NCBI GenBank assembly: GCA_040954595.2
Contig: CM082596.2
Span: forward strand, 8,014,468-8,078,467
DNA length: 64,000 nt
Direction of reading: 5' to 3'
DNA from: Balanoglossus misakiensis
Taxonomy: Eukaryota > Animalia > Hemichordata
Position numbers and translations under genes: made by a program. Below are positions 13,209 to 25,768 of this stretch, in pieces. The stretch's first letter is position 1; each line of letters opens with the position of its first letter. A model generated the notes under the pieces. The model was not told the DNA's origin and ran no database searches. It worked only from the letters and a program-made list of their open reading frames with translations.

Positions 13209-16200
13209 GGTATTGATTAAACAGCCAATAAAACACATTTTAATTTTTTTATTTTACATTGTTTTTCCAGTTGCTGACGGTGACACAATATATTAAAACA
13301 CTTTTTCACAAGGTCCTTTGAAGCTCCAAGGCAGTATATTAGGAGATGAACTTATGAACATACAGTGTACACAGACATGGTGGACCTGCTAAATATGTCA
13401 TCTATCCTGGATGGCAGAAATGTGTCAGACAATTTTCAGCATACCCGGTATGTATGTCAAATTCTTGTCTCTGAAGTTTGACCCGGAATTGTTTCATGTC
13501 CATGAACAGCACAGTGCATGAAAGCAACTATACCGTGCAGTCAACTATCAGAATAACGGTATTTTAAAACACAAAGAAGGTCATTGTTGGCAATCCCTTG
13601 TGCCCCATTTTTGTGCTTAAATTTGTATAGTATAAATTAGCAAAGTATGGCCTGGCTTTATTGGATAAGGGGCGTATACAATGGGCCATGATTGTTATAT
13701 AGTCCTTGGCAGCTGGTGACCCGATTTTATTAATTTTTTTTTAAAAAGTCGAAGTGTTGCAATTAAACTAAATTATGGGGTGACCATAAGGCAAATGGAT
13801 CTGATCTTAAAACAATTGGCCATCTTTAGATTAATCTGTATTGTCACAATTAGCTAGAATTAATATGGATTTATGTCTTTCACTCTCCTTGCACCTAACT
13901 TCAAGAACACCATGCACCAATTCACATTTCCATACATGACTGGTTCACAATACATGCACACACACGTACACACACAGTTGACCTAGAAAATGACCCCTAT
14001 AGAGTGTGACTTATTCTAGTGCTTACACAAAGACATGCCCTGACCTGCTCTTGATTCTAAAACGATCCCTGTTAATTATGACCTCTAAAAAAAGCCTTTT
14101 ATAAAACCCCAGCTCAGCCAATCTTAAGCCAAAACCTTACACATGGCCACAGCTGTTTCTTTGAGATTTGTGTTTTTAAGACTGAACTTCATACATCTCT
14201 TATCTTGATTCCTTTATTTCATTTATAAATTTTTAGAACTTGCTCTATTTAATTATGAATTATGTCATATTTTCTGCAAATCAGCATGGGAACTGCATTG
14301 ATGTTCTGTTCTACTCTCAAGAAAATCATTGCAATGTCTCATATGAAAAATATAAATTCTGGAGTGTCAAAAAGAAAGCCACTAATAATAGTAATACGTT
14401 TGTCAAGGTGGGTGTTTTGTAATAGACTACAATGTGCATGTATATTAATCCAGTCAAGATCGGCAGTTTGACCTCAAACGTGATTTGTCACTTGCATTGC
14501 ATGTTAACAGTGACCATGGCCTACAAACCTCGTCATGACTTGCTGAGTGTACAAATGTACGTGACCATGAACTCGTCTCAAATTGTCACAGTTGACTTAT
14601 AATGCAGATGGATTATTAACACAAGCTTACATTTGTATCTAGGGTAAAGTGAACTCTTCGAAATTGAAATTTTTAAGTAATATTAATCCCAAAATGTAAC
14701 AAAGAAGTTGTATACAGGATGGTGCAAAAATAGTGACAGCGGGGGTTGTTCTATGTTAAAGGGAATGTGTCATCGTGCCGCGTGGGTGTCCCCTTGATGA
14801 GAATATGTCCTCCCATACCAGCACAAACCTCAATGCAGTTGTCACGACCTACTAGGATCTTCAGTTGCTGTCAGACCCAGTCTACACTACAGATAGCTGC
14901 TTCGTTCATTCTAAGAATTATCTAATTTTAAGGATTTGTGGATGAATTTAAATGTTTATAAACAGACAAATGCAGTGCGAGGAATCCCTCACTTTAAACA
15001 AGAACTAAAATTGTAATAAAATATTTTCATACAAGTTACATTATACTATTATCAAATTGAACTAATGAGAATACAATACAGAATACTTCTAATTTACATA
15101 CATGTAGGCCTGTATACAGTCAAAGGGGCATGTCGATTATTTAACTCTTTGAGGACTATACTGCTATTCTTTCATGTTGAACATTTACCAAGTGCTGCAG
15201 CATTACAAATGAGAGTAGCAAACAAAGCAATCGAGATGAAAAATCAGAAGAGTACAATGCAAGTCTTATGATTTGTGTAGGGTCATGCACTCACAGTTTA
15301 CCCTTTGCAGAACTTGTGGCTTATGTCTGGGTGTCAAAATAGTACCAGGGGTAACGGTTGCCATGAGAGGGTTCTACACGCATTTTTCGACAAAACAGAA
15401 TGAGGCCAATGTATTTTAGTGTGTTGGGGTACATGTTTCAGTTAGTTCAGGCTTTTTATTTCACCCCCAGTTCCCTCAATTGAGGCGCAATGAGAAAAGA
15501 ATTGGATTTGGACCAAACCTCTTTGGTCACCATGGTGATAGGGTTAAACATCTTTCCCCGGCTAATATTGTTAGAATGCTACTGATTGCCAGACTTTTGT
15601 AGCAGTACTTTACAAATCTCTTCAACTGAAGATGCAGAACAACTCAATTCTGCAACTTCCATGCACACACCGCCACTCCCTACATAAATTGCTACGTCAT
15701 CCCTAAATAGTAAACACCACCCAGTGTAAGCAAGCCGGCGCTTGACTACGTCAGAGCGCTTACAACATTGCGGAACGTGTCAGGTGACCACCCTCCATAT
15801 ACGTCAGTATTCACGTAAGTTCACAACGCAGTCACACAGGCAGAGAAGTTCAAACACCGGTCAACACTCAGGTCCCTCAGTAAAAGCATATCATCAGGCA
15901 TGTACAGTTGATAGCTTTCACTCTCTGATGCATTGAAACAAAACATAACAACAAACAAACAAACAAAGTCGTGGTGAGTACAGGCCTAATCTGGGGAAAA
16001 CAAAACAAGAATGTAAATTCTAGGATTTTCCTTTGTCATTTCTACTTCAATGGTGAGACTGGACACATTTCTTGTTTACGTACTGTACACCGTGATCGTC
16101 ACGGTTGTCCAATCACCATAAATCTCAAAACGTACAGCGCGCCAAGGTGACCCGAGACACATACATGTAAAATCCAACCATTGGCAAACTATAAACAGAC

Positions 16201-18612
16201 ATCCGCATTGCGAAACGACATCCTTTAAGTCACCCTTTCACCGCCGACCGGATGATAATTGAAAACCCTTTTATTTTCATCAACCGCCCCCAATCAAAAC
16301 CCACACACTATAATAGGGTCGACCCTAGCTAAAAACGCATCAGCCCCCAATGTCATTATTGAGGAGCTCTTCAATAAAAACATCAAGTAAACAATCCAGC
16401 TTATGACGTCATCAGAGTATGTTTTCTTCCCCAAAGTACATGCATACCATATATGATGACCTGAAAACCCTAAACTGTATCACACGCTAAACAATGCTAT
16501 TTTTTATTCACATTTATGCACCGGGTACTTTTTCAAATTAATTCTCCTGTTTGTACGCTAATACTAATCTTAACAGGATTTTTATTATATTTCAAGCCCT
16601 GATTATAGTCAGTAATAGCGCCAACGTCATAGCAACCTGAAAACCACCAACAATGCTCCGCCCAATTGCAAAAATACATAGACATAATCGCAGACTACAA
16701 ATTTTCCACCTTCACTTTTTTCGCTCATTATTTTTTCGTAATTTGTTAATCAAATAAATTAACTTGTCTTTTAAGTATTCTCACAGGTGCATGTATTCTG
16801 ACAAAATTGCCTTGTTTCAAACAATTTGAGTCCAAAAAAAAAACGTGAATTAGAGGTACATGTATTTAACGGTAGTCAGGCGTACTACAGGTGCTACTAG
16901 AATATCGCCATCTTGGTGGTGCGTGGAACAGCAGTGTGTGTAGTGATTTCAGTGTCCTTGAATGAGGTCACTGTTCGGCGTGTTTGCCGCATAGCCGGCA
17001 TATAACCGGGTAAACACATAAATCTTGCGACGAGAGATATCTGATGACATCACACAGTTACAAGTACATCTCGCCAACATACCTCTGGGTTTTAGCATAC
17101 GCCAGTCTATGCAATAGAACATACGAGAGCCATCCATCTCATGATAATTTCCCTCCAAGCGATCCGTATATATTCAGGCTAATTCTGCCGACAAATCCTA
17201 GCTGTGTTTTTGTAAACATGTTAACAGGTGTTTGTGTTTAATTTTTGTTTAAAATAATATCGATATGCTAATTTCAGAATTATTGATGGTGTTTTTCTAA
17301 GTACCGAACAGAAAGAGGGGAATATCGGATTGAAGCATGAAAGATGAAAGTTCACATAATTTTTCTTCGGGTTAAGTATATGAGAAAAAAATGTAGATAG
17401 ATGGTTTTTAAATGCTTAGGTCATACAGTGGTCATTTCAAGAACAAAAAAAAGAAAACATATGTATAAATATGTGTAAAAATACACGTATACCCTGATCC
17501 TTATCATTGCACAGAAGTTTTTACATTTTTATGACTCTTCAATAAAACCAATTTTATGATTGAATTTAATAATTACATTATGGCTTACTATATAATTGTG
17601 TAGGGCCCATGTTCGCATTCAAGATGGAGCACTACCCCAAAAATGTAAATTTCCTGGAAAAAGTTTAATAGAAAGATTCTTCCCCCCATGAAATTGAACT
17701 TAAGATTGCAACTGCAAATCATAAAATGTATTTTCATCTTAAAAAATGGTCGTCACTTATGAGGTATATAACAAACTGAGAATACCAGATTGTTTTGTTT
17801 TTTTCTCTTCTTTTCATTAAGTTATGCTTCCAAAAAATAATTGTCAATTTTTTTTAAAAATCTACTTATGTATCAAAATGACTGTTTGTGTTCCCAATAA
17901 AAAGTATTAAAAAAAAAAAAAAGATTCTTCCCCCCATTCAAAGAGCCCCAAAAATAGAAAAAATTATGCAATTTTCCCCAGCCATCATTTTAATGAGTGG
18001 AAACAAATATTTTTTTTCTTTAATCACTCATGAATAACCCAGAAAGTAATAGAGTTTTCTATACAGTAAAACCTGTCTGAACCGGACACAAAAGGACTAA
18101 AGAAATTGTTTGGTTTAAAACGGTGTCCGGTTTATAGAGGTTCTTTTTAACATTGTGGTTTTAACTTTTATTTCCAGTTTGGTATATCCCATCACAATAC
18201 AAGAAAAGGATATATGATTTTTGGAGAAAAATTATTTTTGTTATTTTGAATTAACACATCAAAGCCATAAATTAGGCATAGAAGAAGAAACATTTGCAAA
18301 CAATCCTTTCACAAAAAAAAAAAAAAACTTACATTCACCCCCCCCCCCCCCCCCCCCCCCGAGAAATCAAATGGTTCTCCCCTTATTAATATCAAGTAAA
18401 CAACCAAGGTCAAAGCACTAAGGATGTTTTTTTTCAAACAACGTGTATACACGATGACCTGAAAACCAAAACTGTATCACACATCCCAAACAATGCTATA
18501 TTTTATTCATATTTATGCACTAGGCACTTTAATTTATTAATTATATTCATATGCTTTGGCCACCTCATCATCAACACATGAACATCAGAAAGTAGGCTAT
18601 TTCTGTATTTAA

Positions 18613-18953
18613 AGGGACAAAGTCTCTCTCTCTGCCCTTTTTCCATTAATTATGTTTGATACAAGACATTGTTTATGTTATTCTACATTTGTATATATAG
18701 TGAATGATCGTTCGACCACAACTTCCATCCCACTTGTAGACATGAGAGTGAAAAAAATCAACAAAATGAATAATCGGTCTCTACCATTTATTCATTTTGG
18801 GCGAGTTTTTATTCTCATATTATACAAGGAGGATGGAAGTTGTGTGTGGTTGAACGTTCATCACTATATATCCAAATGTACATTAACATAAATGGTGTCT
18901 TGTATCAAACATAATTAATGGAAAAGGGGCAGCGAGAGAGAGACTTTGTCCCT
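18613..18953. mobile_element. Palindromic Kolobok-type MITE (TTAA TSD), full copy
   Basis: ttaa|agggacaaagtctctctc ... gagagactttgtccct|ttaa; almost the whole element is self-complementary. Confidence 0.8.
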
Positions 18954-19622
18954 TTAAAGTACATTTCCTATTATAAAGCATTATGAAAGGGGCATAATAG
19001 GAAGAAAAATCGAATATAGATTTTCTTGAAAATCAAAGAAGCAACAAACCTAGTTTTTTCCCCAAACGGCACATTAAGAGACAATGGGCATATATAATCA
19101 ATAGTGCAAACATTTTTGTATCACTGATATTTAGGACAATCCGTGATACAATGTACAGCAATACTACCAATACAGTTAAAAAAGAGTTGTAAAAAAGCTT
19201 CTATGTTAAATTCCATGTCAATGTATTAAATAACTAGATCCATCATTGAAAAGATTCATGATCAGTGTGCCTTCTAAGCCCATGTGATGCACCACTGACT
19301 CAACAAACTCACTGGTAACTCGAGAAAATTATGCACACTACATGCAAAGGTATAGGGGCTGACTCAGATAGTTTTTTAGAAATCCACAAATTGACTCAAA
19401 GCTTTTAGAAATTATGTTTGTGAGAGGACACACTGTTTGTGATGTCCCACAATAACTGTATTACCACAAATGCTATGTATGCAGACACCAATAAGGGTCT
19501 TGTGGTTTCACAACACTGTTTATGATTGGTTTTAACTACCAGTACCCATCTTCAATTTTCCTCAGAAAGTCTGAAGTGGGTGGTAACATGATCTCTGTCT
19601 GAAGAGAATAAACTTTCATGTA

Positions 19623-19979
19623 CAGTAAAACCTGTCATTACGGATACCTCTCTAAACTGGACACCTCTCTATTATGACAGATTTTTGAAGACAAAAGTTT
19701 GCTTAGAATATTACCTGTTTATTAAAGGTATACGTTCACCTTTGAAAAACTAGGTATAGTTACCATGGCAAATTGGGATCTAGCCAATCACAGATTTTCA
19801 GTGGGTGGCACACGCGAAAAAAGAGCGCCACCATATGTTCTTTAGAACGCTCAATACTCCATTTCAGCCATATATGGGCATATGTAAATTGGAGGTGACT
19901 GTATACCTTTAAGGACATCTTTCTATTTAAGGACAAATTTTCTGGTCCCAGGGGTGTCCTCAATAGACAGGTTTCACTG
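19623..19979. mobile_element. pogo/Tigger-type MITE (CAGT termini, TA TSD) with a nested Kolobok-type MITE at 19726-19908
   Basis: ta|cagtaaaacctgtc ... gacaggtttcactg|ta; inner ttaa|aggtatac ... gtatacct|ttaa. Confidence 0.75.
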
Positions 19980-20755
19980 TACATTGTATAGGGCTTTTTA
20001 TATAATAACCATGCATTCTACTTTGTTTTTGTTGTCATGTCCGAAAATAATGGCCTTTTCAAAAGCATCCATTTATCAGCCATCAGCCATCATTAGGAAG
20101 AAAGGATACTATAAGTTCGTCAATTTCATCAATTGAAAACATGCAGCGTATCTCCACAAAGATTTCACCAAACAATAAATTTGTGCTTCAATAAATAAAA
20201 CAGATGGCCGGCCGGGCAATTGTACGACTTTGGAGTTGGCAGAGACCCAAGGCCTGTCCTCGTCTGCCCCCTGTTGTGATGGTGTAGGTAGCTCCGCCCA
20301 CATTATAAATGTGACATTGATGAATTGCATAACATTGATATTGAACACGCGTGATATAGACAAAAATGAGGTGTGTTTTTTTCGTTTGGCATTTACATAG
20401 TGCGTTTCTGAAGATTAAAACATACATATTGAATAATACTTTGCATAGAAATGATTAAATTGATCTCCGTTTTTTGTCCGAGATGTACAAATATATGAGA
20501 AGTAACTAGCATTAAAGTTCATCCCAGGTCTTGGTTGGCTAGACGCAGTAAATTGTACATTTCATAGTTCACCCAACCTTCGACTATAAATACTTACACT
20601 ATACAGGAGAAAAGAATTGTGTTTGGATAATAGTAAATGGTGTTGTTTCATCACCATACCTTCTTGATTGGATGTGAATACTCACAAATTCCTGTAATAA
20701 AGACATTAAAAAGCAACAGACTGGTTTTCCAAGCCTTGATCGTGACTGATCTTAC

Positions 20756-21089
20756 CTTTTGGCCTCTGTTTCTGCTGTCTTTGTGCCGAACAATCGGGGC
20801 TCGGTCTGCCGTTCATCATCATGCTGTCCCCGCTGGTGCTGTTTTGTCGTTTCTGCTGCCCTTGTTGCTGGGTGGACGACGACGGGGTGTGCGTCGACGT
20901 CGTGGAGTTCGACGACGGCGATCTCGAAGGCGACGATCCGGCCGAGCCGATGCCGCTGTTCATGTGGTTGTCTTTGGAGAACGAACCGACTGAATACGAC
21001 GATGCCGTGGACATCGACACAGACGGCGGCGATGATGATGATGATGATGATGATGATGGTTTCACCCGCTTTTGACTTTCAATCTCCAT
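20756..21089 (-). CDS. First coding exon of an unidentified gene (Ser/Gln-rich N-terminus, 111 codons + 1 nt)
   Basis: GC/CpG-rich ORF from ATG 21089 (gtcATGg); strong donor AAAG|gtaaga at 20755; (TCA)n poly-Ser tract; no convincing next exon found in 1-20755. Confidence 0.7.
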
Positions 21090-21500
21090 GACGCCCGACT
21101 CACCTTGAACTCGGATGTTTCGTGTCTGTCTTGAGAAGAGTCTAGGGTGGCTAAATTATAATCGTAGAGTCACGTAACAAAGTTTTCGGAATTGAGGTCA
21201 CACGCACAGGACTAACACTTGCCCGCCGCAAGCACTTACATCGACAACACACATTTGTCGATTGCGTTGAACAGTTTCCAGTGATGAAGATCTGAAGTTC
21301 GTGATTCAAGATGCTCCCTCGTATGATAGTAAAGCGTTCTAACAACTGCCGAAAATACTCTGGTGGTTGTCTACTCGCCGGAACGTGTTTTATGTTAATC
21401 GTGTTATTTTCGCAACGATCGAACAACAAGGTCACCTCAGGTCACACACGAAAGCCCCGACAAATAATATACCACAACCAGCTTGTGCGCATGCGTTCTA
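21090..21500 (-). promoter_or_regulatory. Probable 5'UTR/core promoter of the Ser-rich gene, with an NRF1-type motif
   Basis: CpG-rich stretch upstream of the ATG; TGCGCATGCG at 21486-21495. Confidence 0.45.
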
Positions 21501-23262
21501 ACCTCCTATAGTTAAAATGTCCGATTGTGGACACTTAAAAATGAACCTCACCCGCTTGGAAGGGTTGAGTTTTGAAAAACTTCCTTGTAGATGATGATAC
21601 AGATATTGCCTCTTACAATTTGAATTACCCTTGCACTTTTTAACGAACTCTCAGTGTGGAAAAAACAAACGATTCAAGGTGGCGCCCTTATATGTATGTC
21701 AAGGACATCTGAAGGTCATGGTGTCTGAACTGTTTGTGCTTGGGTTTTTTTCATCGCCCGGGGGCGCATTTCCTAAGCTGTTCGGTGGGTGTATGGCCGT
21801 GGCCAGTTGCAGTTGGCTCAGTGCTACTGACTTCGAACTTTAGCTTGGTCCGAATAATTTTATAGCAAATTAAAACGAGAGCTCTATCTCTCAAAAATTC
21901 TTGCCATATTTCTTGTGTGTAATATCGGACCAATATACGTAGATCACGATCGATGTTTGAAAATGTTACTTTTAAAGTTTTATTCATCACCAATATTCAC
22001 GTTTACAACTTGAAATTTACCAACCTATTAAAATTGTATACTTTTGAGCAAATTTGATAGCTTCTGTGATAGGAAAATGACACGAACTTGAAAATTAATG
22101 CATATTTCGCCTGTGCGTGTAGGCCTACTGTGACTTTGATTGGGAACTATAAAAATCTTCATCACGATACTCATATTGTTGCTGATGCACGCTACACTGT
22201 CACCAGACTGTGTTTATCATGTATCTTGAACATAAAAAAATTGCCATTATAAAACTTCTGTTTCCTGAGACCTTTAACGTGTACACTGCCAGCGAAAGTC
22301 ACGTGATAAATGCAAGATTGTATCGCGTAATGGTCTAACATGTGCAAAAGTAATTTTTAACGAAGAAGGTAAACGAATACATATATGTCCGCTTTGAAAT
22401 AAAATCGGTCAAGCGCCACATTCTACAAAAGCGTGATGCTCGATGTAGCAACGGTCCGCCGCTGTTTTTTTCATTGTCAATTTCACCTTGACGTCAAACC
22501 ACATACAGTTTTTTTTGTCTGTATTTTTCTTCCGTGTGTCATGACATCAATCTGACTTTGGATACGGGCTACGTTCCCGCATGCAAATGCTCCCACGTCA
22601 CTGACACATGTATCAAGTCCGGTCTTGAATCCCCCTTTCAACCGTGGAAATACTGATATACTACAAAAAGGGGTGTGCTGAAAAAAATACTGAGCAATAT
22701 AACTAGAGTTCTTGTTACTTTTACCAGTTGTCCGCTCTTTGAGTGTGATTCTAGGCAAATGTAATGCATGCGCGAAATGTGAAATTATCACCGGGGCGAT
22801 ACTAACATTCTAGGAGCTGAGAGGCCTGTAAATGACGCTCGTCTCGAGCAAGTATAGTAGACTCGATCATCGTATCATTTTTCAGGTCTTGTCCACAAAT
22901 TTTTCCTGTGGTTTTGGAAGATTACTGTTTAGATTTCGTTTGCTCGAGTCACTGTGTGACAGTTCTTGATGTGTGGCTAAAAAAGTAATAGCTTAAGGTA
23001 TATTTTCCATCGCGAGATACACATCATAAAACGAACGTCCTTTTCTTTGTGTGCTTTCTGAGCTCAACTTTTTTTTCAATTCAAAATATCTCTCTCTGCA
23101 GGTCATATGTGCAGTGCTTGTTATTGCCATGGTTACTCGATTCGTGTAACCGTGGTGACGACGTGTCCTGTTCCTTCACCATTGTATTGATCACGCGGAT
23201 GGTTTAATACTTGACCCAATTCAAGCAACTGTTATGGCAAGCCTCAGGGGTCTTAAGTATAG

Positions 23263-23825
23263 CAATAGTAGTATATAATGTTGAAGTAGTACGATTATAT
23301 TTTGATTCGTTAATATATTATATATAAATAGTAGTATATAATGTTGAAGTAGTACGATTATATTTTGATTCGTTAATATATTATAAATAAATAGTAGTAT
23401 ATAATGTTGAAGTAGTACGATAATATTTTGATTCGTTAATATATTATAAATAAATAGTAGTATATAATGTTGAAGTAGTACGATTATATTTTGATTCGTT
23501 AATATATTATAAATAAATAGTAGTATATAATGTTAAAGTAGTACGATTATATTTTGATTCGTTAATATATTATAAATAAATAGTAGTATATAATGTTGAA
23601 GTAGTACGATTATATTTTGATTCGTTAATATATTATAAATAAATAGTAGTATATAATGTTGAAGTAGTACGATTATATTTTGATTCGTTAATATATTATA
23701 AATAAATAGTAGTATATAATGTTGAAGTAGTACGATTATATTTTGATTCGTTAATATATTATAAATAAATAGTAGTATATAATGTTGAAGTAGTACGATT
23801 ATATTTTGATTCGTTAATATATTAT
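23263..23825 (+). repeat. 63-bp AT-rich tandem array (about 9 units; 2 inverted units at 25880-25993)
   Basis: Unit aatagtagtatataatgttgaagtagtacgattatattttgattcgttaatatattataaata; period checked 23341->23404. Confidence 0.95.
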
Positions 23826-23962
23826 GATACTTTGCTAGTATTATTATTATTTACTTGTTTACACCCTTCACTTCCACCCCACCAGAGGGCGCACAATTTT
23901 TGCTGTCGGCCATTTTCCATGTTTTCCGTTTGTTTTGTGTGTCTCAGTCGCAGTCGAATGAG

Positions 23963-24135
23963 ATGGACATCGAGGCAATATTGCAAGAGATAAATTTGGC
24001 AATGAGCGGGTTGAAGCTGCCACCGTTCTTTCCATGACGGAAGGGGAAATAAAGAGATTGGGAGTTACAAGAGCAGGTGATCGAGTGCGACTCCGAGACC
24101 TTTGCAAGGAAGCAACTCAGCCGTCACCGGCCTAG
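23963..24135 (+). pseudogene. Frameshifted SAM-domain-like ORF remnant inside the transposon
   Basis: MDIEAILQEINL, then in a shifted frame NERVEAATVLSMTEGEIKRLGVTRAGDRVRLRDLCK, matching the SAM pattern L..mt..dL..LGI...G.R..l. Confidence 0.6.
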
Positions 24136-24269
24136 CTCTGCGTACAGGTCTGTGTGTTCCCGGCGTTACACGGCCTCCACCACAGCCCTGCAAGGCGCCA
24201 TAGAAAAAACTGGTGCTTCTGCGGTCCGGATCCGGACTGCAAAATGGTTTAAACAATTATTCTCCTTTA

Positions 24270-25444
24270 GGGACCGTTCAGTTTTTACGGCCGGGGGGGG
24301 GGGGCGGCAAAATCCAGGGGGGGTCACTTAAATTTTGAAGTCCACAAGGGGGGGGGGGTCATCTGTTTTTTTTAAACGTTTAGGGGGGGTCACATACTTT
24401 TGCCACCAAACTTTTGCTTTTGAGTCCACAAAATTGCAGTTTCGCGCCCTTTATTTTACAAAATTTTATAATGTGGGAGGGGGACACCATTTCCCACACC
24501 CACCCCCTACATTCTCCGCCACATTTCATTTTTTGTACCAGGGCAGAGTGCTTGCCACCCCAACCCCTTACCCCACCGATGATAATATTTAACAAAGTGA
24601 ATACATAAAGGAGAATAATTGTTTAAACCATTTTGCATAACTGATAGTTTCGCGCTGCATCTTCTATATACTAGAAGTTTTATAAATGATGTCATGACGA
24701 AGATGACGCCAAATCTTCTAACTTTGAGTGGAGTGGCAAAAAGTAAAATTGGTCCTCCCAAACATTGAGATAATTTGCTTTTGAGTTCATTAAAATGTAA
24801 CTTTGGGCTACATATTTTACACAATTTTCTTACGTGGGAGGGGGTGTCCCCCTCCCACACCCACCCCCTCCATTCTTCGCCACATTGCATTTCTTCACTG
24901 GTTTGTCTAGTTTACCATGGAAGAATTCTTGCCACCACACCCCCGATGCTTACTTAGTGGAGTGGCAAAATTAAAATTTGTCCTGCCTAACATTGAGTTA
25001 ATTTGCTTTTGAGTTCATTAAATTGCAACTTTGAGCACCGTATTTTACAAAATTTTCTTATGTGGGAGAGGGAAACACCCCCTCCCACACCCACCCCCGG
25101 CACTTTTCTTGTTTTTCCGATTCTAGCAACTATTGTATTGACTTGTCATTTTAATTTGTTCATAGATTTCTTTATTGCAACGATATACTATTATATACTT
25201 CAATAAAACTTTAAGAAATTTATAATTGGGGTGTCAGGAGCCTCATACCCTTTATTGCATACAGTGTACATAGGATCAGGACGGCGAATGTTTTGGGCGT
25301 GGGGGGGGTCATCATATTTTTGGGTCTGTCAAAGGGGGGGGGCATCATTTTTTGGTCTTGGGTGAAGGGGGGTCGGCATGATTTTGAGAACCGATGACAC
25401 AAACTTGCCGCCCCCCCCCCCTGCCGTAAAAACTGAACGGTCCC
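24270..25444 (+). mobile_element. PIF/Harbinger-type MITE with G-tract subtermini, TTA TSD
   Basis: tta|gggaccgttcagtttttacgg ... ccgtaaaaactgaacggtccc|tta; internal direct repeat about 24728-24870 / 24956-25095. Confidence 0.8.
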
Positions 25445-25768
25445 TTATGTATTCACTTTGTTAAATTTTATCATCGGTGGGTTTGGGGTGGCAAGCACTC
25501 TGGCCTGGTTCACTAGACAAACCAGCAAAAAATGACATGTGGCGGATAATGAAGGGGGTGGGTGTGGGAGGGGGTAAAATAAAGGGTGCGAAACTGCAAT
25601 TTTGTGGACGCAAAAGTTCGGTGGCGAAAGTATGTTACCCCCCCCCCCTAAACGTTTAAAAAAAACAGATGACCCCCCCCCCCTTGTGGACTTCAAAATT
25701 CAAGTGACCCCCCCCCCCCCTGGATTTTGCCGCCCCCCCCCCCCCGGCCGTAAAAACTGAACGGTCCC
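25445..25768 (-). mobile_element. Left end of a second, inverted copy of the same Harbinger-type MITE (continues at 24238-24269)
   Basis: Reverse complement of about 24270-24640, interrupted at a TTA by the first copy. Confidence 0.75.

Noticed and set aside
20637-21091. Plus-strand ORFs with poly-Asp, poly-Met or Arg repeats
   Set aside because: Antisense shadows of the minus-strand Ser-rich exon, which has the ATG context and splice donor.
24335-25696. Paired similar ORFs (MKSTRGGGSSVFFKRLGG...) on opposite strands
   Set aside because: Translations of the inverted MITE ends, not genes.
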